Shown here: in pieces, positions 31,205 through 40,828 of the stretch
Position numbering within the stretch: the stretch's first letter is position 1
Layout: every line of letters begins with the position of its first letter
DNA from: Gemmatimonadales bacterium
GTDB taxonomy: Bacteria > Gemmatimonadota > Gemmatimonadetes > Gemmatimonadales > GWC2-71-9
Reading direction: 5' to 3'
DNA length: 64,000 nt
NCBI GenBank assembly: GCA_041577295.1
Contig: JBFGJG010000003.1
Location: forward strand, 96,001-160,000
The notes under the pieces: model-generated
Told to the model about the DNA's origin: nothing
Seen by the model: the letters and a program-made list of their open reading frames with translations, nothing else
Database searches by the model: none
Translations under genes and position numbers: made by a program

Positions 31205-31670
31205 AACTCCGATAATCGATCTCCGTGGTGACGGCGACGCAGCTGCTGATGGTGCGTGCAACGGGACAGGCCCGCGCGTGGGCTGCGTGCGCGCGTTCCA
31301 CCGCGTTGCGAACGTCCTTGGCAACGGCCAGGTCGTAGGTAACATGGATACGGCGGATGACGAGCACGCCGTCCTCGGTTTCGATTTCACCGGTGACCCC
31401 GCCAACGAGGTCGTCACGTTCGATCGTGATCCCGCGCGCTGCCAGCGCGCCTGCAAAGGTGCCGGTGAGTCAGCCGCCCGTCGCCGCCACGACATAATCG
31501 AGCGTCGTGGCGTGCGCCTCCTCCCCCGTCATATCGACGCCGTAGTGCTCGGCGACATCGCTATGAACGCCGAACCGCACCGGCTCGGACTCGGCGGGAA
31601 GGTGCGCGTGACGGAGGCGACCACCAACACGACGAATGGTGACTTTGGACGTGTAGACGATCTCGGACAT
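31203..31670 (-). CDS. OsmC-family peroxiredoxin-like selenoprotein (Sec encoded by in-frame TGA at 31472-31470)
   Basis: RBS GGAGG then ATG. Translation: MSEIVYTSKV...TTLDYVVAATGG-[TGA]-LTGTFAGALAARGI...IRRIHVTY...HARACPVARTISSC...RS-TAG. The frame continues for 88 codons past the TGA and contains the second OsmC Cys (CPV). Confidence 0.85.
31434..31472 (-). promoter_or_regulatory. Putative bacterial SECIS element
   Basis: After the TGA: CTCACCGGCACCTTTGCAG-GCGCGCT-GGC-AGCGCGC. This is a 7-bp stem with a G-initiated apical loop 26 nt downstream of UGA. Confidence 0.6.
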
Positions 31671-31698
31671 GACGATGCCTCCGGCATGAAAGCGTGGT

Positions 31699-32739
31699 AT
31701 GGGTAGCCCGACGATCATCATCTTGCTGGCCGCGTTTGTCCAGGAACCCGTGTGGCGAGAAGTCCCTTCACTTCCCGTTCGACGCGCCAACAACGCCGTG
31801 GCCGCGATGGAGACGATGCGCGGCCCTGCCCTCTTTTCGTTTCTTGGTCTCGATAGCACCAAGCGGTGGAGTGGCGTGCGAAACGATGCCTACCGCTGGA
31901 ACATGCGCTCGACCACCTGGCAACGCATTGCCGCCGTGCCGGGTCCCGGTCGTTTGGCGGCAACTGCCCAGGTGGTGCGTGGCCGCATCTATGTGATTGG
32001 CGGGTACACGGTCGCCGCCGACGGGTCAGAGAAGTCGCTGCCGCATCTCGAAGTCTATGATCCGGATCGAGACCGGTGGAGCCGTGGCGCTCCTATGCCT
32101 ATTCCCGTGGATGACGCCGTGTCGGGGGTGTGGCGGGACTCCCTCATCTTTCTGGTGTCCGGCTGGCATGACCGAGATAACGTAGCCAACGTGCAGATCT
32201 ACGATCCGTGGACTGATTCGTGGCAACACGCCACTCCCATCCCCGGCCCCCCCGTCTTTGGTCACAGCGGTGCGCTCGCCGAGAACAGCATCGTGTATGT
32301 CGATGGCGTCCGCACGAACGTTGGGAGTCCGCGATTCGGTATCGAAAGCTCCTCGTGGATAGGGGAGATCGATCCCACGGCTCCGAGCCATATTACGTGG
32401 AAAAGACTCCCCCAACACCCCGGGCCACCACTCTACCGCGCCGCGGCGGGGGCGCTCGGTCACCGCATCGTGATCGCGGGGGGCACCGACAATCCGTACA
32501 ACTACGACGGAGTTGGGTACGACGGAAATCCCGCAGAGCCGCTTGATGCCGTCTTCGCGTACGACCTCACGTTGCGAGGTTGGGTTTCGCTACCACCCCT
32601 CTCCGTGCCCACCATGGATCATCGAGGCCTGGTCGTGATCGACGGCCGGCTCCTGATCGCCGGCGGCATGGTGGCAGGTCAGCAGGTGACGGACCGCGTC
32701 GTGGCAGGTGCCGCTACAGCGCTTTCACCTCGTCGATGA
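31699..32739 (+). CDS. Kelch-repeat beta-propeller protein, probably exported
   Basis: Repeated GRIYVIGG...YDP..DRW units and a short hydrophobic N-terminus. Confidence 0.85.
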   Translation: MGSPTIIILLAAFVQEPVWREVPSLPVRRANNAVAAMETMRGPALFSFLGLDSTKRWSGVRNDAYRWNMRSTTWQRIAAVPGPGRLAATAQVVRGRIYVIGGYTVAADGSEKSLPHLEVYDPDRDRWSRGAPMPIPVDDAVSGVWRDSLIFLVSGWHDRDNVANVQIYDPWTDSWQHATPIPGPPVFGHSGALAENSIVYVDGVRTNVGSPRFGIESSSWIGEIDPTAPSHITWKRLPQHPGPPLYRAAAGALGHRIVIAGGTDNPYNYDGVGYDGNPAEPLDAVFAYDLTLRGWVSLPPLSVPTMDHRGLVVIDGRLLIAGGMVAGQQVTDRVVAGAATALSPRR

Positions 32740-34099
32740 GCTGTTTCACTGAGCTCTTGGCATCGCCGAACAGCATCGACGTCTTCCGGTCGTAAAACAG
32801 GGGGTTTTCGATTCCGGCGAACCCCGGTCGCATGCTCCGCTTCAGAACGATCACGTTCTCCGATTTGTCAACATCCAGAATCGGCATGCCCGCCAACTCA
32901 CTCGCCGCCTCCCGCGCGGAGGGGTTCACCACGTCGTTTGCGCCGATCACGAGCGACACATCCGTCCGGGGAAACTCCGGGTTGATGTCGTCCATATCGA
33001 ACAGCCGATCGTAGGGTACATCCGCTTCGGCCAAGAGCACGTTCATGTGTCCCGGCATCCGTCCCGCAACGGGATGAATGGCGTATTTGACCTCGACACC
33101 GCGCGCACCGAGGAGATCGGCGAGCTCGCGCACCTCATGTTGTGCCTGCGCTACCGCTAAGCCATACCCCGGGACCACTACCACCTGCCGGGCGTAGGCC
33201 ATCATCATGGCACCGTCCTCCGCGGTGATCTCGCGGACCGACCGCCCATCGGCCCCGGCTGGTCCGATCGCGGCTTGGGCGGTCCCTCCAAACGCACCAA
33301 ACAGGACATTGGTTAGCGATCGGTTCATCGCTTTGCACATGATGTTCGTGAGGATGAGACCGGAAGCGCCCACCAGCGCCCCGCTGATGATCAGTCCCTC
33401 GTTGCTGATCACGAAGCCGGTCACGGCAGCGGCGATGCCGGAGTACGAGTTCAGCAGGGAGATCACCACGGGCATGTCCGCGCCACCAATGGGCACCACT
33501 GAAAGGATGCCGAGCAGGAGCGCCGCAGCGACGAGAATGGCCAGCGCAACCGTATCCGAGGGATTCATGACGACCCGCACTCCCACGGTCAAGATCCCCG
33601 CGAACAACAATGCGTTGAGGGTCTTCTGAAGGGGGTACGTCACTGCCCGTCCCGTGACGAGCTCTTGCAGCTTTCCGAAGGCGATCAAACTTCCTGAAAA
33701 CGTGACCGACCCGATCAGGACGCCAATGGGAATGGTGATGGCCACATTCAGCGGGATCGCTGCCCCGGCCGAGAGCGTGCGTAGCAGCTCAGCGCTCGCG
33801 ACGAGAGCCGACGCCCCACCGCCAAACCCGTTCAACAAGGCAACCATCTGCGGCATGGCCGTCATCTCGACGAACCGTGCGAACACGCCGCCGATCGCGG
33901 AGCCGATGACCACGCCGATGATAATCATCTCCCATGAGAGAATCCCCTCGAACACGAGGGTCGTGACGATGGCGATCAGCATACCGAGCGAGGCCATGGC
34001 GTTTCCTGATCGCGCGGTGGCCGGTGAGCTCAGCCGCTTCAACCCAAGGATGAAGAGAACGGCGGCCAGCAAGTAGACGAGCTTCGCCAATGCGGCCAT
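32714..34099 (-). CDS. pntB: NAD(P) transhydrogenase beta subunit
   Basis: MPQMVALLNGFGG, IGGADMPVVISLLNSYSG, HPVAGRMPGHMNVLLAEA and GANDVVNP motifs. Confidence 0.96.
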   Translation of the reverse strand: MAALAKLVYLLAAVLFILGLKRLSSPATARSGNAMASLGMLIAIVTTLVFEGILSWEMIIIGVVIGSAIGGVFARFVEMTAMPQMVALLNGFGGGASALVASAELLRTLSAGAAIPLNVAITIPIGVLIGSVTFSGSLIAFGKLQELVTGRAVTYPLQKTLNALLFAGILTVGVRVVMNPSDTVALAILVAAALLLGILSVVPIGGADMPVVISLLNSYSGIAAAVTGFVISNEGLIISGALVGASGLILTNIMCKAMNRSLTNVLFGAFGGTAQAAIGPAGADGRSVREITAEDGAMMMAYARQVVVVPGYGLAVAQAQHEVRELADLLGARGVEVKYAIHPVAGRMPGHMNVLLAEADVPYDRLFDMDDINPEFPRTDVSLVIGANDVVNPSAREAASELAGMPILDVDKSENVIVLKRSMRPGFAGIENPLFYDRKTSMLFGDAKSSVKQLIDEVKAL

Positions 34100-34395
34100 T
34101 ACTCGTTCTCCCTGGGCTTACGCCGAAACATCTGTAGCATCCGGTCCGTAACCATGAACCCGCCAACTACGTTGATCATCGCGAAGATCACCGCGATCAG
34201 CCCGAGGATCGACGCGACCCCACGTTGTCCCTGTCCCGCGACCACCAGCGCACCGATGATGGTGATCCCCGAGATCGCGTTCGACCCGGACATGAGCGGT
34301 GTATGCAGCGTCGGTGGAACCTTGGTGATGACTTCGAATCCCACGAACATCGCCAGGACAAAGATGACGAGCAGACCCACCAGCTCTTCGATCAT
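34099..34395 (-). CDS. pntAb: NAD(P) transhydrogenase alpha subunit part 2 (membrane)
   Basis: VPPTLHTPLMSGSNAISG and NVVGGFMVTDRML motifs; ATGA overlap with the upstream gene. Confidence 0.93.
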   Translation of the reverse strand: MIEELVGLLVIFVLAMFVGFEVITKVPPTLHTPLMSGSNAISGITIIGALVVAGQGQRGVASILGLIAVIFAMINVVGGFMVTDRMLQMFRRKPRENE

Positions 34396-35546
34396 CCGCT
34401 GCTCCTTCCTTGGTGTGCTCGCTGCGTCGCTTCGTGAACGATGCGGCCGTCGTGTGTGATACAAGTCCCCCGGACGATCTCGTCCTCGAAGTTCAGGTTC
34501 AGCTTGCCGTCTTTGATCAGATGATTGAGAAACGATAGTACATTGCGCGAGAACATCTGGCTCGCGTGTGTGGGAAGCGACGAGGGGAGGTTGATCGGGG
34601 CCAACACGGTCACACCATGGCGGCTCACGTCCCTGCCGGGCTGCGTGACCTCACAATTCCCACCAGCTTCGGCTGCCAGGTCCACAATCACCGCACCGGG
34701 CTTCATGTCCCGCAGCATCTCCTCGGTAATGAGCTGCGGGGCCGGCTTACCCGGGATGAGGGCCGTGGTGATGACCACGTCGACATTCCGCACGTGCTGA
34801 TGAATGAGCTCGAGCTCCCGTCGGTGCTGCTCTTTTGAGAGCTCCTTCGCGTATCCACCGCTGGTCTCGGCATCGACGGCGACGGCGTCCGGTGCGACGA
34901 ACTTCGCGCCGAGGCTCTCGACTTGTTCTTTCACGGCCGGTCGGACATCGAAGGCCTCCACGATCGCCCCCAAGCGGCGCGCCGTCGCGATGGCCTGCAG
35001 TCCCGCGACACCGGCACCGAGCACGAGGACGCGCGCCGGTGGAACGGTGCCCGCGGCGGTGGTCAACATGGGGAAGAAGCGCCCCATCGCGGCCGCGGCG
35101 AGCAACACCGCCTTGTAACCCGCGACCGTGCTCATCGAGGAAAGCACGTCCATCGACTGCGCTCGTGTAATGCGCGGGAGTGCGTCGAGGCTGAACGCCG
35201 TGACTTTGCGGCGAGCCAGCTCCTCCACCAGCTCGGCGTTGACAAGCGGCTGCAGAGGCGCCACCAAAGTCACTTGCTCACGCAGGAGGCTCAGCTCGTC
35301 GCGGCCCTCCGTTCTGCGCGGGCGCTGAATCTTCACGACGACGTCGGCACTGCCCCACACGGCACTGCTGTCGGCCATGGTGGCGCCGGCGGCGGCGTAC
35401 TCTTCGTCCGCGAAGGCAGCCGCCACACCCGCACTCCGCTCGACGTGCACGTCGAGTCCTGTCGCGACCAGCCGCTTTACGACGTCCGGGACGATCGCTA
35501 CCCTGCGTTCGCCAGGCACACTCTCCTTTGGCACGGCTACAATCAC
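34392..35546 (-). CDS. pntAa: NAD(P) transhydrogenase alpha subunit part 1
   Basis: PKE..GERRVA, RITRAQSMDVLSS, GAGVAGLQA and TTALIPG motifs. Confidence 0.95.
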   Translation of the reverse strand: MIVAVPKESVPGERRVAIVPDVVKRLVATGLDVHVERSAGVAAAFADEEYAAAGATMADSSAVWGSADVVVKIQRPRRTEGRDELSLLREQVTLVAPLQPLVNAELVEELARRKVTAFSLDALPRITRAQSMDVLSSMSTVAGYKAVLLAAAAMGRFFPMLTTAAGTVPPARVLVLGAGVAGLQAIATARRLGAIVEAFDVRPAVKEQVESLGAKFVAPDAVAVDAETSGGYAKELSKEQHRRELELIHQHVRNVDVVITTALIPGKPAPQLITEEMLRDMKPGAVIVDLAAEAGGNCEVTQPGRDVSRHGVTVLAPINLPSSLPTHASQMFSRNVLSFLNHLIKDGKLNLNFEDEIVRGTCITHDGRIVHEATQRAHQGRSSG

Positions 35547-35603
35547 TCGACTCTCCTTGGAAGAAGTCTTGGCGCCGCCACCATCCGGCTCGTGTTTGCC
35601 CGC

Positions 35604-36725
35604 TCAGTTATCCAGCAAGGCGACGAGCTCGGGTGGCGCGTGCGGACCGAAGATCTGTTCGCGTGGCACAGTGAACACGCGGACGGGAGGACCGTCCGGA
35701 CCGGTCCGTCCGTCCCGTCCCGCCGCTCCGTCCGGGCCCCGCGGACCCGCCTCACCGGCAACGCATCGGCGATCATCACCCTGCGCCGTCCCACCCGCAC
35801 CGCCAGGTCCACCCTTCCCAGCTTTGCCACCGGGTCCACCGGCGCCACCGGGCGTGCGTACGTCGACCAACCCGGCCAGCAGCGAGTTCTCCGTGGGCAC
35901 CACCACCGTCACCTCCCCACCGCTGCCACCGGGACCGCCAGGACCTCCGTTGCCCCCGGCGCCTCCAGCTCCACCCTTTCCGCCGGGGCATCCATCCGCA
36001 CCCGCCGCGCCAGCGGCGCCATCTGTGCCCGCCACCCCCCGACCACCCGGTCCGCCACGCGATTCGATGACCAACCAGTCGCGCGGCGGAATGACGTCGG
36101 CGTCCGAAAGCACGTACACGGGCGGCGCTGCGTTCACGGAGACTTCAGCCACGAGCAACCTCGACACGAACGGCGATTCCACGATGTCGAGCCGAACAAC
36201 TACATCCGGCCCGCGTCCACCGGCCTCTCCACCTGCATCCCCGGGTTGACCTTCATACGCAAACACGTGCGGGCTGCAGGAGTATTCGGGCTCGACAACC
36301 GTGAAGGCGTTCACCGACGGTTTGTCACGCAAGAACGTGCTCAGTCGAAATCCGTTTGTGGCGCTCAGCAACGGATCTGGATGCGTGTCCCAATGCCCAC
36401 CAGCCCGTGGCGCTGCTTCACCGCTGGCAAAACGCAGAAAGACGACGTGAAGCGGTGGCGGGTTCTTGTCGTCGTAGCTCGTGGCGAACGGCATGACGCT
36501 GCCGTCGTCAAGCACGGCCTCGTAGGTGGCGTGGATGCGTTGACCCGGACAGACCCGCTCCGGCCACGTCTGCACACGGAGCGCCGTGATCCGTCCGAGC
36601 AGCAACGGATCGGGTGCGAAGTCGGCGGGCGGTTTCTTCGGGCCACATCCGGCGAGTAACGCCGCCAGCACGAGCACACCACCTCGAACTTGCGGAAGCC
36701 TCGTTGATCGTGATCCGTTTTGCAT
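35604..36725 (-). CDS. Lipoprotein with Gly-X-Y (collagen-like / glycine-rich) repeats
   Basis: Lipobox LLAGC; two long G-X-Y runs interrupted by short beta-like segments. Confidence 0.75.
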   Translation of the reverse strand: MQNGSRSTRLPQVRGGVLVLAALLAGCGPKKPPADFAPDPLLLGRITALRVQTWPERVCPGQRIHATYEAVLDDGSVMPFATSYDDKNPPPLHVVFLRFASGEAAPRAGGHWDTHPDPLLSATNGFRLSTFLRDKPSVNAFTVVEPEYSCSPHVFAYEGQPGDAGGEAGGRGPDVVVRLDIVESPFVSRLLVAEVSVNAAPPVYVLSDADVIPPRDWLVIESRGGPGGRGVAGTDGAAGAAGADGCPGGKGGAGGAGGNGGPGGPGGSGGEVTVVVPTENSLLAGLVDVRTPGGAGGPGGKAGKGGPGGAGGTAQGDDRRCVAGEAGPRGPDGAAGRDGRTGPDGPPVRVFTVPREQIFGPHAPPELVALLDN

Positions 36726-36765
36726 GCCTCTGAGCACGTCGCGACCCCCTACTCCAGGCTGAGGC

Positions 36766-36799
36766 TATCCCTCTATCCCCTCTGTCCCCTCTATCCCCT
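36766..36799 (-). repeat. Tandem 9-mer repeat forming a canonical G-quadruplex motif
   Basis: Minus strand GGGG-ATAGA-GGGG-ACAGA-GGGG-ATAGA-GGG immediately after the moaA stop codon. Confidence 0.7.
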
Positions 36800-36801
36800 A
36801 G

Positions 36802-37854
36802 TCATCCTCCTCTGGTATGCATCTCCCGATGCGGGTCGCGTCGCAGCGCTTCTAGCTGATACAGTGGACGGCGTCCCGGGGCCGCCAGGCGCTCTTCCGC
36901 ACCTCGATCAGTCCGGAGCTGCCACCGGTCCTTAATGAGTCCCGCGAGCTCCACATCGGTCGCGCCTCCTCGCAGTGGCGCGCGGAGATCGAGGCCCGTA
37001 TCCGCATAGAGGCACAGCAACCACGTCCCATCCGCCGTGAGCCGACTGCGATCACAGGTTCGGCAGAACGGCGCGGTGGTCGAGGCGATGATCCCGAAGA
37101 CCGTGCCATCGGCGAGCGCAAATCGATCTGCCGGGGCACGTTGGCTCGCGGCTGTGGCGTCTTCAATTGGCTGTACGTTACCGTAGCGGCGGCGGATCGT
37201 GTCCAGCATCTGCCGCTTCGTCACGACGTCGTCCATGCTCCAGCGTGTTGCTCCGCCAACGTCCATGTATTCGATGAACCGCACCTCTACGTCGTGCGAC
37301 CGTCCAAATTCGATGAGATCAATCAGTTCGTCGTCGTTGAACCCTCTTACCACCACCGTATTGATCTTCGTGCCCTGAAACCCGGCCTTTGTCGCGGCGG
37401 CCAAGCCGGTCAGAACATCCGCATGGCGCGGGCTCCGCGTAAGCGCCTTGAAGCGTTCGGCGCGAAGGGTATCGAGGCTCAGCGTGATGCGGTGGAGCCC
37501 TGCCTCCCGCAGGGCGGTGGCAAACGTGGCAAGCAGCAAACCGTTGGTCGTGAGCGCAAGGTCTTCGATGTGGGATTCGCTGGCTAACCGCGAGACCAAT
37601 GCGGCGAGATCGTGGCGAAGTAACGGCTCACCACCAGTGATCCGAACTTTGTGGGCGCCCAGACCAGCGAACACGCCGGCAAGGCGCTGGATCTCCTCGA
37701 ACGAGAGAATCGAATCCTTGGGAAGCCAGACATAGTCGTCCTCCGGCATGCAGTAGGTGCACCGGAGGTTACACCGATCCGTTACGGAAATCCGCAAACT
37801 CCCAAGGGGTCTTTGTAACGAATCGCGGATCGGGTCCAACGCGACGTCCTTCAT
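36802..37854 (-). CDS. moaA: GTP 3',8-cyclase (molybdenum cofactor biosynthesis)
   Basis: LRISVTDRCNLRCTYCMP, ITGGEPL, RFIEYM, FCRTCDR...CL and C-terminal GG. Confidence 0.96.
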   Translation of the reverse strand: MKDVALDPIRDSLQRPLGSLRISVTDRCNLRCTYCMPEDDYVWLPKDSILSFEEIQRLAGVFAGLGAHKVRITGGEPLLRHDLAALVSRLASESHIEDLALTTNGLLLATFATALREAGLHRITLSLDTLRAERFKALTRSPRHADVLTGLAAATKAGFQGTKINTVVVRGFNDDELIDLIEFGRSHDVEVRFIEYMDVGGATRWSMDDVVTKRQMLDTIRRRYGNVQPIEDATAASQRAPADRFALADGTVFGIIASTTAPFCRTCDRSRLTADGTWLLCLYADTGLDLRAPLRGGATDVELAGLIKDRWQLRTDRGAEERLAAPGRRPLYQLEALRRDPHREMHTRGG

Positions 37855-38016
37855 GATTGAAAAGGGCTGACGCTCGTGCAGGCCAGTACGTGGGAGGCCC
37901 CGCCCGAGGTAACCATAATCAGGCTGTCCTCTTACCCACAAGCGGTCGTTTTCGTTTGCTTGCGAGCAACGGGCGAGCCGGTATCTTATCGCGGTCCACC
38001 AGCCAACTCGCTCGGA

Positions 38017-38478
38017 ATGTCGATCGTTACACTACGGATCAACGGCGTCGAACGTTCGGACGACGTCGAGCCCCGAATGCTGCTCGTGCAGTACCTGCGC
38101 GAAGTGGCCGGACTCACCGGTACGCACGTTGGGTGCGAAACGAGCATTTGCGGCGCGTGCACCATATTGGTCGACGGACGCGCCGTGAAATCCTGTACTC
38201 AGTTTGCGGTCCAGGTGAATGGCAGGAGCGTGACGACAATTGAAGGGCTCGCAGCCGACGGCGAGCTCGATCCTCTGCAAGAGGCCTTTTGGAACGAGCA
38301 CGGTCTCCAATGCGGATTCTGCACGCCGGGGATGATCCTCACGGCGCACCAACTTCTCGAGACGCATGCCGATCCGGACGAAACCACCATCCGGCATGCG
38401 ATCGACGGCAACCTCTGCCGCTGCACCGGCTACCACAACATCGTTCGTGCCATCCAGACCGCTGCAGCACAGCGCTGA
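38017..38478 (+). CDS. (2Fe-2S) small subunit of Mo-hydroxylase, set A (CoxS/CutS-like)
   Basis: [19 protein letters not shown] and NLCRCTGY motifs. Confidence 0.92.
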   Translation: MSIVTLRINGVERSDDVEPRMLLVQYLREVAGLTGTHVGCETSICGACTILVDGRAVKSCTQFAVQVNGRSVTTIEGLAADGELDPLQEAFWNEHGLQCGFCTPGMILTAHQLLETHADPDETTIRHAIDGNLCRCTGYHNIVRAIQTAAAQR

Positions 38479-40828
38479 CGAGCGCGATGTCCGCGGTTCC
38501 GTCACCGCGCCCAAGTTCGTAGGGGCGAGGGTTCGCCGTAAGGAAGATCCGCGGCTCATAACGGGTCACGCGACCTTCGCCGCTGACGTCCGACCACCGG
38601 GACTGGCCCATGCAAAGATCCTGCGCAGCATTCAAGCGCACGCTCGCATCGACCGCATCGATACCGCCCAAGCCAAGAGAATGCCGGGCGTCCTCAGCGT
38701 CATGACCGGCGAGGACCTCGGCGAGCGCCTCGGCCCACTGCCCATACGCCATGACATCGAGGGGTTGCAGTCGCCGCCCCGCTACGTCTTGGCTCGGGAC
38801 GTGACACGACATGTGGGTGACGCGTTGGCTGTGGTAGTGGCGGAGACGGAAGCGCAGGCCACCGATGCCCTGGACACGATCACGGTGTCGTACGATCCCC
38901 TTCCCGCTGTCACCGATCTGGTAACCGCTGCCGATCCCAGTGCGCCCCGCGTTCATGCCCACCTTGCGACCAACGTGTCGTTTTCGAAGACGACGCGGGC
39001 CGGCGACCCCGACCGTGAGTTCAAGAACGCGGCGGTAGTTCGATCCCAACGGCTGGTGAGCCAGCGTCTCGTCCCCACGGCGATCGAGCCGCGGTGCGTC
39101 GTGGCAGAATACGATCGCGGCTACGAGAAGTTGACTGTTACGACTAGCACCCAGGTGCCACACCTCGTGCGCGCGCTGCTCGGACACATCTTGCAGCTGC
39201 CCGAGCATCGCGTCCGTGTCGTGGCGCCCGAAGTGGGCGGCGGGTTTGGCGCAAAACTCAACTTCTATCCGGAGGAGCCCCTCCTCGCGTACTTGTCCCG
39301 CGAGCTAGCGCGTCCCGTGAAGTGGACGGAGACGCGGACTGAGGCGTTCGTCGCCACGACGCACGGCCGGGATTCCATCTGCGACCTCGAGGTCGCAGCG
39401 GATGCCACGGGCAGGCTGCTTGCCATCCGCGCCACGCTCTATCAGGACCTCGGTGCCTACCTCCAGCTCTCGTCACCCCACATCGTGTCGGGTACGGCAG
39501 CGATGATCACGGGATGCTACGCCGTCGAGCACCTGGATGTGACCCTGAAGGGCGTCTTCACGAACAAGACCACCACCGACGCCTACCGAGGCGCGGGACG
39601 TCCTGAAGCGACGTACATCATCGAACGGGCGATGGACCTCATCGCGCACGCCGTCGAGGCCGATCCCGTAGAGGTCCGCCGACGCAACTTCGTCCCGGTC
39701 TCTTCGTTCCCGCATACTACCGCCACTGGGTTGCAGTACGACTCAGGGGACTACGCGGGAGCACTCGACAAGCTCCTCGTCAACGCCGATTACCAAAAGC
39801 TCCGCTCGCAGCAGACAGAGGCACGTCAGTCGGGACGGCTGTTTGGGATTGGACTCGCATGCTACGTCGAGATGTGTGGCTTCGGCCCGTCCGCGATGAT
39901 GGCGGCGGGCGGATGGGAATCGTGTGAAGTCGAGGTGCGTCGCACGGGGAAGGTCATCGTCAGGACTGGCTTGAAGCCCACTGGACAAGGCGAGGAAACG
40001 GCATTCGCGCAAATGGTGGCCGACGGCCTTGGCGTGGACCTGGACGACGTGGACGTGGTGCACGGTGACACGGACATCGTTGGCGAGGGAGTCGGCACCT
40101 TTGGATCGCGCGGGATGGTCGTTGGCGGGTCCGCGCTCGCGCGGTGCGTGGATATCATTCGCGAGAAGGCGTGCCGAATAGCGGGCCACCTGCTTGAAGC
40201 GAGCGCGAGCGACATCGTCTTTGCCGAGGGACGCCTCTATCCGCGTGGCGCTCCCGCGCTCGCCCGACCGTTCCAAGAGATTGCGGAGGCCGCGCTCGTG
40301 GCTTCACAGCTTCCTGCCTCGATTGAGCCCGGCCTCTTTGCGGTCCACTACTACGAGCCCACGGGTCTCACGTTCCCATTCGGCGCGCATCTCGCAGTCG
40401 TTGAGGTCGACGAGGACACCGGAGCGGTCACACTCCGGCGGTACGTTGCCGTTGACGACTGCGGCACGATGATCAATCCGATGCTTGTCGAAGGTCAGGT
40501 GCATGGGGGCATCGCACAAGGAGTGGGGCAAGCGCTGTTCGAGCACGGCGTGTACGACGAGAATGGTCAACTAGTCACCGGATCTTTGATGGACTACGCG
40601 GTGCCGCGCGCGCGTGCCTTTCCGCGCTTCGAATTGGACCACACGGTCACACCGACCCCTGTCAATCCGCTTGGCGCGAAGGGCGTCGGCGAGGCCGGGA
40701 CCATCGGTAGTACTCCCGCCGTCGTTAATGCGGTAATGGATGCGCTGCGCCCTCGCGGAATCGAGCATCTCGACATGCCGTTGACTCCCGAGCGCGTATG
40801 GCGCGCGCTCCATCCTGTGACGCCATGA
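38462..40828 (+). CDS. Mo-hydroxylase large subunit, form II CoxL-like, set A (start codon unresolved)
   Basis: RKEDPRL, GGGFGAK, AYRGAGR (39581-39601), GTFGSR and KGVGEAG motifs. There is no canonical in-frame start near the expected N-terminus. Confidence 0.85.
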   Translation: MQHSADERDVRGSVTAPKFVGARVRRKEDPRLITGHATFAADVRPPGLAHAKILRSIQAHARIDRIDTAQAKRMPGVLSVMTGEDLGERLGPLPIRHDIEGLQSPPRYVLARDVTRHVGDALAVVVAETEAQATDALDTITVSYDPLPAVTDLVTAADPSAPRVHAHLATNVSFSKTTRAGDPDREFKNAAVVRSQRLVSQRLVPTAIEPRCVVAEYDRGYEKLTVTTSTQVPHLVRALLGHILQLPEHRVRVVAPEVGGGFGAKLNFYPEEPLLAYLSRELARPVKWTETRTEAFVATTHGRDSICDLEVAADATGRLLAIRATLYQDLGAYLQLSSPHIVSGTAAMITGCYAVEHLDVTLKGVFTNKTTTDAYRGAGRPEATYIIERAMDLIAHAVEADPVEVRRRNFVPVSSFPHTTATGLQYDSGDYAGALDKLLVNADYQKLRSQQTEARQSGRLFGIGLACYVEMCGFGPSAMMAAGGWESCEVEVRRTGKVIVRTGLKPTGQGEETAFAQMVADGLGVDLDDVDVVHGDTDIVGEGVGTFGSRGMVVGGSALARCVDIIREKACRIAGHLLEASASDIVFAEGRLYPRGAPALARPFQEIAEAALVASQLPASIEPGLFAVHYYEPTGLTFPFGAHLAVVEVDEDTGAVTLRRYVAVDDCGTMINPMLVEGQVHGGIAQGVGQALFEHGVYDENGQLVTGSLMDYAVPRARAFPRFELDHTVTPTPVNPLGAKGVGEAGTIGSTPAVVNAVMDALRPRGIEHLDMPLTPERVWRALHPVTP

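Noticed and set aside
31128..31706. 192-aa plus-strand ORF in the track
   Set aside because: It is the antisense shadow of the Sec-OsmC gene, which has an RBS and family motifs.
37855..38016. Moco riboswitch in the moaA leader (minus strand has TATGGT and GCCTCCC fragments)
   Set aside because: I could not build the multi-stem structure, and the downstream GGAAAGG pairing element is absent. An Infernal search with the Rfam Moco model would be needed to support it.
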